A DNA stretch of 6,355 nt from Candidatus Woesearchaeota archaeon (GCA_964367265.1 CAYIXF010000009.1:3123-9477), one strand, 5' to 3'. Positions 1 through 6,140 are shown, numbered from the stretch's first letter. Made by a program: numbers and translations. The notes: generated by a model from the sequence alone, not told the origin.

Positions 1-1
1 A

Positions 2-1576
2 GGTAATGTTTTTTGCGTTACTAATTTACCAGGGTTAGCAGGAGCTATTTATGCAAGATATAGCAGGGCAGAAACAGGATTTAGAGAAACATTAGCTAGA
101 GAATTTTTAGACGAAAATGGAAACGTTAAGGTTGATAAAGCTGAAGACCTTATAGAAAGGGTACTAAATGCTTACGGTGATGATAGTGTTGGGGAATTAG
201 AGGGAACTCATCTATCTTTTGAGCAGGTTTCTAATATTGCAACTAAGGTTATAGAAGATAAAAGAATTGGGGGGAGTCCTATTGAGCAATCTACTAGATA
301 CGTATTTTATGATAAAAAAGATGAGAATGGTAATTTTAAATATTTAAGAGAAAAAAGAATAATGGAATCTAGATTTAGGGATGAATTCTTAAGGACAATG
401 GATTTTGCTTTTCAAACGTATGCAGATTTAGTTGAGCCTATGCAGGAATATTTTAGAAAATTAAAACTAATTAATGAAGCAGAATATGCTATTAAGCCAG
501 GAGATAGTAAAAAGTATAAAATAAGTGAATTAAGTGATGAAAAGGATATTAAAGCTTTTAATACAACGTATAAATCTGATATAAGGACTAAAGCGTGTGA
601 TACTATAAGAGTATTACTACCAGCAGCTACTTTGACTAATGTTGGTATTTTTGGGAATGGAAGATATTTCCAAGGATTATTGACTGCTTTATATTCGCAT
701 GAGTTAACAGAAATGCAGGATTTAGCAGTTGCTGCACATGTAGAATTAAATAAGGTAATCCCAAAATTTGTAAAAAGAGCTTGTAGAGATAATTATCTAG
801 TTAATACAGAGAGAAATATGAATGAATTAACAGAAAAACTTTTAGCTGAAATTCAGCCAAAAGAGAGTAAAGATGTTGTTATGCTTAATACTAGCCCATA
901 TTATTTTAATGACTTGGTTGCACAGATGCTTTACAAATATTCTCAACATCCTTTAGCACAATTAAGAGAATTTGTTTGTTCATTAAGTGTTGAGAAGAAA
1001 CGTGAAATAGTAAAAACTTATTTAGGAGAAAGAAGAAATAGGAGAGATAGGCCTGGAAGAGCATTAGAATTTGGATATCCATTTGCTTTTGACTTAATTG
1101 GAGATTTTGGAATATATAGAGATTTACATAGAGAGAGAATGAAAACTCAAGAAAGACAGGACTTAACAACTAGGCTTGGAAGATTTATACCAGGAGAGAT
1201 AGAAGAGATGGGATGGAAGGATAAAGTTATAGGAGTTTTTGAGCGATCTGAATCATTATACGAAAAACTATTAGTAGATTATCCAAAAGAAGCACAATAT
1301 GTTGTATTATTTGGTCATAAAATAAGGTGGTGTCAAGGGGCTAATTTAAGAGAGGAATTACATGAACTAGAGTTAAGAACAATACCACAAGGACATCCAA
1401 GTTATAGAAAGCTTTGCCAGAAAATGCATGATGAAATTAGGCATAACTATCCTTTAATTGGAGACGTGTTGAAGTTCGTTGACCATAATGATTATTATTG
1501 GAGCAGAGCAGAGTCAGAAGCTAAACAAAGAATAAAAGAAAGAGTGTTAGAAGAAAATCTTAAACATGAAGAGTAA
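2..1576 (+). CDS. thyX: ThyX-family (Thy1 / FAD-dependent thymidylate synthase-like) protein, long tandem-repeat form. 5'-partial, running off the left edge of the window.
   Basis: The reading frame starting at nt 2 is open from the window edge into the listed ORF. The ATG at 362 is in the same frame with no stop in between, so it is an internal Met. The first repeat reads YGDDSVGELEGTHLSFEQVSNIATKVIEDKRIGGSPIEQSTRYV (compare canonical ThyX GHxSxxEH ... RHR-x7-SxRY). A second ThyX-like region reads YRDLHRERMKTQERQ, followed by the C-terminal ELHELELRTIPQGHPSYRKL (compare the ThyX ...LR...AQxEIR helix). At least 524 aa lie in the window, about twice the size of a canonical ~220-250 aa ThyX. 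The stop codon overlaps the start of tmk, a functionally linked gene. Confidence 0.65.
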   Translation, partial: GNVFCVTNLPGLAGAIYARYSRAETGFRETLAREFLDENGNVKVDKAEDLIERVLNAYGDDSVGELEGTHLSFEQVSNIATKVIEDKRIGGSPIEQSTRYVFYDKKDENGNFKYLREKRIMESRFRDEFLRTMDFAFQTYADLVEPMQEYFRKLKLINEAEYAIKPGDSKKYKISELSDEKDIKAFNTTYKSDIRTKACDTIRVLLPAATLTNVGIFGNGRYFQGLLTALYSHELTEMQDLAVAAHVELNKVIPKFVKRACRDNYLVNTERNMNELTEKLLAEIQPKESKDVVMLNTSPYYFNDLVAQMLYKYSQHPLAQLREFVCSLSVEKKREIVKTYLGERRNRRDRPGRALEFGYPFAFDLIGDFGIYRDLHRERMKTQERQDLTTRLGRFIPGEIEEMGWKDKVIGVFERSESLYEKLLVDYPKEAQYVVLFGHKIRWCQGANLREELHELELRTIPQGHPSYRKLCQKMHDEIRHNYPLIGDVLKFVDHNDYYWSRAESEAKQRIKERVLEENLKHEE

Positions 1577-2162
1577 ATTCATTGTTTTAGAGGGCGTTGA
1601 TGGTTCTGGGAAAACAACACAAGCATTAAAAATTAATAATTACATTTTTGAAAAAGATAAGAGAAATAATGTCTTAATTACAAGAGAACCATCTTATTCT
1701 GGGTATGGGTTAGAAGTAAGAAGGATGCTAAAAGAAGGAAAAGATCCAAAAGCCAATAAAGAGAGATTTACAGAATTATTTGTAAATGATAGAAAATGGC
1801 ATTTAGATAATATTGTTATACCAGCATTAGGAAATGGAATACATGTTGTATGTGATAGATATAAATATTCAACCTTAGTTTATCAACAAGCACAAGGTGT
1901 GCCTTTAAAAACACTAATAGAAATGCATCATGGATTATTAATACCAGATATAACATTTTATCTTGATATTCCAATTGAGATAGCATTAACTAGGATAGTA
2001 GCAAACGAAGTTTTTGAAAAAGAGGGATTTTTAAGGGAAATTAAAAAGAATTATTTAAATTTAATTGACACTTTAAGAGATAAAATAGTAAGGATAGATA
2101 CATCAGATAGCATAGACAAGGTTTTTGAAAATATAAAAGTTCATTTAGATAGGATACTATAA
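1566..2162 (+). CDS. tmk: Thymidylate (dTMP) kinase
   Basis: N-terminal P-loop MKSKFIVLEGVDGSGKTTQ, followed by ITREPS and the DRY-type motif VVCDRYKYSTLVYQ. The 198-aa length is typical for this family. The ATG at 1566 overlaps the upstream TAA (1574-1576) in the string ATGAAGAGTAA, which implies co-transcription and translational coupling with the ThyX-like gene. Confidence 0.92.
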   Translation: MKSKFIVLEGVDGSGKTTQALKINNYIFEKDKRNNVLITREPSYSGYGLEVRRMLKEGKDPKANKERFTELFVNDRKWHLDNIVIPALGNGIHVVCDRYKYSTLVYQQAQGVPLKTLIEMHHGLLIPDITFYLDIPIEIALTRIVANEVFEKEGFLREIKKNYLNLIDTLRDKIVRIDTSDSIDKVFENIKVHLDRIL

Positions 2163-2163
2163 A

Positions 2164-2976
2164 TTATTTTATTTCTAGATGCGGATAAGAACCAAGTAAT
2201 TTAACATCACCATATTGCTTAGTTACTTCTAATACTTCTTTAATAATTTCATCGTTTTTATCGCCATCGAAATCTAAATAGAACATATATTCTCCTAATT
2301 TTTTTTCAGTTGGTCTAGATTCTATTTTACACAAATTTATTCTTCTGTTAGCAAACTCACTAGTTAATTTATATAATAAACCTGCATAATCTTTGTATGG
2401 AGTAATGACAATTGATGTTTTAGTACCATTTTTATTACTACCATTTTTACCTACAACGACAAACCTAGTTAGGTTATCATGGTTGTCTTCTATGTTAAGT
2501 GCAATAAGCTCAAGACCATAAAATTCAGCTGCATATCTTAGACCTATAGCAGCACTATCTGGAATTTCTTTTTCTGCAACCAATCTCATTGCTTCTCCAG
2601 TACTATCTGCTTCTTTTAATTCTGTATTATCATAATGCTCATGTAAATAATTAGAACATTGTTTTATAGCATTAGTATATGACATTATAATTTTAATTTC
2701 AAGTGTATCTCTATGTTTTGCAAGACAGTGATGTATTGGCATATCAAACTCTGCTAATATTTTTAAGTCTAGTTTAGGTAAGCTATCTAAAGTTTCTCTT
2801 ATTGTACCTTCTAAGAGATTTTCAATTGGAACTACCGCCTCATCAGCTTTGCCTTCTTTAACAGAAAGCAAAGTTTTATAGATACCCTTACCATAAATAA
2901 TATTAGCATCTCTTCTGTACTTTAATGCTGCTAGCTCTGTAAATGTTCCTTTAGGACCCAATACAGCCAATTTCAT
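2164..2976 (-). CDS. pheA: Prephenate dehydratase, monofunctional (PDT catalytic domain + C-terminal ACT regulatory domain)
   Basis: MKLAVLGPKGTFTELAA at the N-terminus, then VVPIENLLEGTI and NLTRFVVVGK (the TRF catalytic motif). The ACT domain reads GLLYKLTSEFANRRINLCKIESRPTEKKLGEYMFYLDFDG (ESRP signature). The 270-aa length is typical of stand-alone archaeal and Gram-positive PDTs. Confidence 0.88.
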   Translation of the reverse strand: MKLAVLGPKGTFTELAALKYRRDANIIYGKGIYKTLLSVKEGKADEAVVPIENLLEGTIRETLDSLPKLDLKILAEFDMPIHHCLAKHRDTLEIKIIMSYTNAIKQCSNYLHEHYDNTELKEADSTGEAMRLVAEKEIPDSAAIGLRYAAEFYGLELIALNIEDNHDNLTRFVVVGKNGSNKNGTKTSIVITPYKDYAGLLYKLTSEFANRRINLCKIESRPTEKKLGEYMFYLDFDGDKNDEIIKEVLEVTKQYGDVKLLGSYPHLEIK

Positions 2977-2984
2977 ATGATCTA

Positions 2985-3013
2985 AAGAATAAAAAATTTT
3001 ATAAAGGTTTCTT
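2985..3013. promoter_or_regulatory. Putative shared bidirectional archaeal-type promoter: one near-palindromic TATA box flanked on each side by a BRE-like purine-rich stretch
   Basis: TTTTATAAA at 2997-3005 is centred about 25 nt from the minus-strand ATG (2976) and about 26 nt from the plus-strand ATG (3027). It is flanked by AAGAA (2985-2989) and its complement TTCTT (3009-3013). This gives a purine-rich stretch directly upstream of the TATA box on each sense strand. Neither gene has an SD-like motif. Confidence 0.4.
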
Positions 3014-3026
3014 AATTAAGATAATT

Positions 3027-3542
3027 ATGAATAAAAGTATTTTAATGATTATTGCACCTTCTGATTTTAGAGATGAAGAACTATTAGTTCCAAAGAGATT
3101 ATTTTTAGACAATAAAGATAATGTTACTATAGCATCAGAGGTTAAGGAAAGAATTAGAGGAATGCTGGGAGCTAAGACTGATGTTGATTTATTGGTTAAG
3201 GACGTTAGTATAACTGAGTATGATGCTGTTGTTTTTGTTGGTGGAAGTGGGGTAGATAAGCATAAAATATATGATAATAGTGATTATATTAATATAGCTA
3301 AGGCAGCAGCATTTAGGGGAAAGGTTGTTGCTGCAATTTGTTTAGGGACAAAGGTATTGGCTAGTGCTGGTATATTAAAAGGAAGAAAGGCAAGTTGCTA
3401 TGAATCTGCTATTAATTATATAAAGGAAAAGGGAGCAAATTATGTTGGAGAAAAGGTAGTTCAAGATGGAAAGATAATTACAGCCCCTAATCCAAATTAT
3501 GCAGAAGAATTTGCTAAAAAGATAATGAAAATATTAAGTTGA
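3027..3542 (+). CDS. DJ-1/PfpI-family protein (class I glutamine amidotransferase-like fold)
   Basis: ILMIIAPSDFRDEELLVP (conserved acidic residue region), YDAVVFVGGSG, and the nucleophile elbow KVVAAICLGTKVLASAGILKGRKASCY, whose conserved Cys is encoded at nt 3339-3341. The 171-aa length is typical of the family. Confidence 0.85.
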   Translation: MNKSILMIIAPSDFRDEELLVPKRLFLDNKDNVTIASEVKERIRGMLGAKTDVDLLVKDVSITEYDAVVFVGGSGVDKHKIYDNSDYINIAKAAAFRGKVVAAICLGTKVLASAGILKGRKASCYESAINYIKEKGANYVGEKVVQDGKIITAPNPNYAEEFAKKIMKILS

Positions 3543-4211
3543 TTCTTCATCTGGCCAAGTTCTCTTAGATTTTGTAGATATTTGATTAATTTTTAAACAA
3601 TTAGTTTCTACATTATTAACAAAATTAACTTCTAATTTATCTATTTCGCCACCACTTAATTTCATTATTATTGTATCGCCACCAAATAATTTTTTTAGAT
3701 AATTAACCGATACAATATCTGTATACGGCACTGTTTTATAATTACGTCCATAAAGGTATTCTAGTCTATCTTTATAAAAATATAATATTTTTTTATGTAA
3801 ATTTAAATACACCATTACAATATTTACAGCTATACTTAATAACACTATAATTATTATTATTCTTAATGATGAAGATAGTACATTATCTAAATTTATACCC
3901 ATTAGTAAAAGAGCTTCCTTCAATATTGTTATATCAACAGCCCTTCCTACCATATAAATAAAAAATAAAGTACCAATAATAGAAGAGAATATATAAATTA
4001 TAATTTTAGCTAAGCCAAGGGTTTCTGCCTTAGTCATGTTTGGTTCAATAACCAATTGTGGGATCTCTATACCCTTGCTTTTCAGACTTTCTTCTATCTT
4101 ATTTAACGATGCTTCTATGTTTTCAGGCTTAACATCCTTTAGAACAGATGTATCAAAATTACCTTTCTGTAAGGTCCTCTTTAATAGTTTCACCCTCTCT
4201 TTTTCTACCAT
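3534..4211 (-). CDS. Membrane protein: charged ~60-aa N-terminal region, two TM helices, and a C-terminal bacterial PH (bPH_2, YdbS/YdbT-like) domain
   Basis: Predicted TM helices are LGLAKIIIYIFSSIIGTLFFIYMVG and LRIIIIIVLLSIAVNIVMVYLNL. They are followed by YFYKDRLEYLYGRNYKTVPYTDIVSVNYLKKLFGGDTIIMKLSGGE. From memory, this fits the bPH_2 pattern (Y.l.ddrl....G......ip...I.sv......r..g.gtl.i...g) and the family's typical TM-hairpin-plus-PH architecture. The domain call rests on my pattern recognition only. Confidence 0.65.
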   Translation of the reverse strand: MVEKERVKLLKRTLQKGNFDTSVLKDVKPENIEASLNKIEESLKSKGIEIPQLVIEPNMTKAETLGLAKIIIYIFSSIIGTLFFIYMVGRAVDITILKEALLLMGINLDNVLSSSLRIIIIIVLLSIAVNIVMVYLNLHKKILYFYKDRLEYLYGRNYKTVPYTDIVSVNYLKKLFGGDTIIMKLSGGEIDKLEVNFVNNVETNCLKINQISTKSKRTWPDEEST

Positions 4212-4230
4212 ATTAATGTGGCTATTTTAT

Positions 4231-4247
4231 AATATATAAGTTTTTGG
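4231..4247 (-). promoter_or_regulatory. Putative archaeal-type BRE/TATA promoter for the bPH membrane-protein gene, inside the 36-nt gap after the RSH stop
   Basis: The minus strand reads CCAAAAA-CTTATATATT-ATAAAATAGCCACATTAAT-ATG. The TATA-like box is centred about 25 nt upstream of the ATG at 4211, an A-rich stretch lies directly upstream of it, and there is no SD. Confidence 0.35.
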
Positions 4248-6119
4248 TTATGTAGATTTTAATTCATTTATGTAGATATTTTTAATAGATTTTATTCTTT
4301 TAACCTTATCAATTATATTTATTAATTGATTTAAATTATTTAGCTTAATTATAAATTTACATTGTATACCATTTTTTAATGGTTTAGCTTTTGCTGATTC
4401 TACATCTATTTTTCCTGCTTTAATAGTATTTAGTACTTCAGTAAGTAAGCCTGTTCTATTTATACCTTCGGCATTTAATTCTATTTTAGAAGGTATATCT
4501 TTCCACCTAACATTTACTTTTTTTCTTTCAGTACCTTTTAATGGCTTAATAAAGTTACAATTGTTTTTGTGAACCATTACCTTTTTGCCTTTTACTATTC
4601 CAATAATCTTATCATTAGGTAAGGGCTTACAGCAAAGGGCAATTTTTGCACTAAGATATTTATAATCACAACTTATTATAGATTCTTCTATTTCGTGCTT
4701 TTTTTCTTCGTATACTATACTCTTTACAGGTATTTTTTGTAAAGATCTTATATTTTTCTTTATTTTTGCCTTGGCTTTAGAAGTTTTTACAAATTTTAAC
4801 CATTCTCTAGATGGATGTTGGTGCTTACTTGTTATTATTTCAACTATGTCCCCATTTTTTATTTCTGTTTTTAATGGAACAAATTTATTATTTATGTTAG
4901 CACCAGTTGCTTTATCTCCTATAGAACTATGAATTGCATAAGCAAAATCAATAGGGCATGAGCCAATAGGAAGATCTATTACATCTCCTTTAGGGGTAAA
5001 GGCCATTATGTTGTCTTCCAGGAAATCAAATTTTATATCTTTGAAGTCCCTTTTCCATTCTATAAATTGTTTAAGCCATGATAGTTTTGTATCAAATTTT
5101 TCTATAGATACTTCTTTATACCTCCAATGTGCTGCTATACCATTTTCTGCAATTTCGTGCATATTCCTTGTTCTAATCTGGAATTCAACTGGCTTGCTAT
5201 CTATTACAACATCTGTATGCAAGCTTTGATACATATTTGGCTTTGGAATAGCTATATAATCCTTTAATGTATTTGGAATTGGTTTCCATATATTGTGTAT
5301 TATGCCAAGTATAGAATAACAATTTTCTATGCTATCTGTTACAATTCTTAATGCTGTAATATCATAAATTTGTTCTATTGTGCGATCTTTCGTATCTAAT
5401 TTTCTATATATGCTATAGAGATGTTTTATTCTTCCATATATTTCAGCTTTGATGTGGTTTTTCTTTAATTCTCTTTGTAACATATGCTTTACTATTCTTA
5501 TCTTTTTAATTCCGGTTTTTCTTATTTCATTAACCTTCTTAGAGATTTTTCTATACTCTGATGGAAAAAGAAACTTAAATGAGAGGTCTTCTAATTCATT
5601 TTTCATGTTCCACATACCCAAGCGATAAGCTATGGGGGCGTATACGTCTAATACTTCCTGAGCAAATAATTTTTGACGGTCTTTTGGTATATATTGTAAA
5701 GTTTGCATATTGTGTAATTTATCAGCTAATTTTACAAAAATAACTCTTATGTCTTTTATAGTTGCTAGGAGTATCTTTTTTAGATTTTCTGAATTATAAC
5801 TATTGAATTTATCTACATTTGTTGTTCCGTCTACAAGTAATGCGATTTCATTTCCAAAATTCTTTTTAATATCATCTAGTTTTGTATTAGTCATTTCTAG
5901 AGTGTCATGCATTAATGCTGCTGCGATTGTTGCTTCATCTAACTTAAGATCTGCAAGTATTATGGCTGCACTTAAGGGATGCTGGATGTAAGATTGTTTA
6001 GAAGCCCTCTTCTGGCCTTTGTGAGCTATTCTAGCAAAATTATATGCCTTTTTAACTAAATCTACATCGGCCTTAGGGTTGTATCTAAGGATTTTCTTTA
6101 CTAATAAATTAATTTTCAT
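4248..6119 (-). CDS. rel: Long RelA/SpoT homologue (Rel-type bifunctional (p)ppGpp synthetase/hydrolase architecture): HD, SYNTH, TGS, short helical linker, Zn-finger (CC) and ACT/RRM domains
   Basis: HD domain: AHKGQKRASKQSYIQHPLSAAIILADLKLDEATIAAALMHDTLEMT, VKLADKLHNMQTL, YAPIAYRLGMWNMKNELEDLSFKFL. Synthetase domain: GRIKHLYSIYRKL, DITALRIVT, LKDYIAIPKPNMYQSLHT, EFQIRTRNMHEIAENGIAAHWRYKE. TGS domain: FTPKGDVIDLPIGSCPIDFAYAIHSSIGDKATGANINNKFVPLKTEIKNGDIVEIITS. Zn-finger domain: ALCCKPLPNDKIIGIVKGKKVMVHKNNC. ACT-like C-terminus: NRTGLLTEVLNTI... Confidence 0.93.
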   Translation of the reverse strand: MKINLLVKKILRYNPKADVDLVKKAYNFARIAHKGQKRASKQSYIQHPLSAAIILADLKLDEATIAAALMHDTLEMTNTKLDDIKKNFGNEIALLVDGTTNVDKFNSYNSENLKKILLATIKDIRVIFVKLADKLHNMQTLQYIPKDRQKLFAQEVLDVYAPIAYRLGMWNMKNELEDLSFKFLFPSEYRKISKKVNEIRKTGIKKIRIVKHMLQRELKKNHIKAEIYGRIKHLYSIYRKLDTKDRTIEQIYDITALRIVTDSIENCYSILGIIHNIWKPIPNTLKDYIAIPKPNMYQSLHTDVVIDSKPVEFQIRTRNMHEIAENGIAAHWRYKEVSIEKFDTKLSWLKQFIEWKRDFKDIKFDFLEDNIMAFTPKGDVIDLPIGSCPIDFAYAIHSSIGDKATGANINNKFVPLKTEIKNGDIVEIITSKHQHPSREWLKFVKTSKAKAKIKKNIRSLQKIPVKSIVYEEKKHEIEESIISCDYKYLSAKIALCCKPLPNDKIIGIVKGKKVMVHKNNCNFIKPLKGTERKKVNVRWKDIPSKIELNAEGINRTGLLTEVLNTIKAGKIDVESAKAKPLKNGIQCKFIIKLNNLNQLINIIDKVKRIKSIKNIYINELKST

Positions 6120-6140
6120 ATACGCTATAAGATTTAAAAA

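Noticed and set aside
362-364. The ATG at 362 as the start of the first gene, as implied by the ORF track
   Set aside because: The same frame stays open back to nt 2. The upstream 120 codons encode ThyX-like sequence, including the SxRY motif, so 362 is an internal methionine and the gene is 5'-truncated by the window.
906-1169. 87-aa minus-strand ORF inside the ThyX-like gene
   Set aside because: It lies entirely antisense to a well-supported CDS. Its translation is low-complexity and rich in Phe, Leu and Ser, as expected from the reverse complement of AT-rich coding sequence. It has no recognisable motifs or start context.
3849-3866. ATT/TTA trinucleotide run (coding for I-I-I-I-I in TM2), and A8/T8 homopolymers such as 2299-2306, as possible phase-variation tracts
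   Set aside because: They are short and in frame, and they are expected by-products of Ile/Lys-rich coding in AT-rich DNA. Nothing suggests slipped-strand regulation.
4036-4239. 67-aa plus-strand ORF overlapping the 5' end of the bPH membrane-protein gene and the gap after the RSH gene
   Set aside because: It is an antisense shadow ORF with a hydrophobic, low-complexity translation and no upstream promoter-like element at the spacing seen for the real genes.
5008-5229. 73-aa plus-strand ORF inside the RSH gene
   Set aside because: It is antisense to the highly conserved synthetase/TGS-coding region of the RSH, and its translation has no recognisable features.
5803-5991. 62-aa plus-strand ORF inside the RSH gene
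   Set aside because: It is antisense to the HD-domain-coding region. It is a shadow ORF for the same reasons as the others.
4248-6119. Reading the RSH as a toxic small alarmone synthetase (toxSAS) or as part of a defence or toxin-antitoxin module
   Set aside because: It is a full-length long RSH with an HD domain and the complete regulatory C-terminal region, not a stand-alone synthetase. No small, tightly overlapping antitoxin-like partner and no phage- or mobile-element-associated genes lie nearby.
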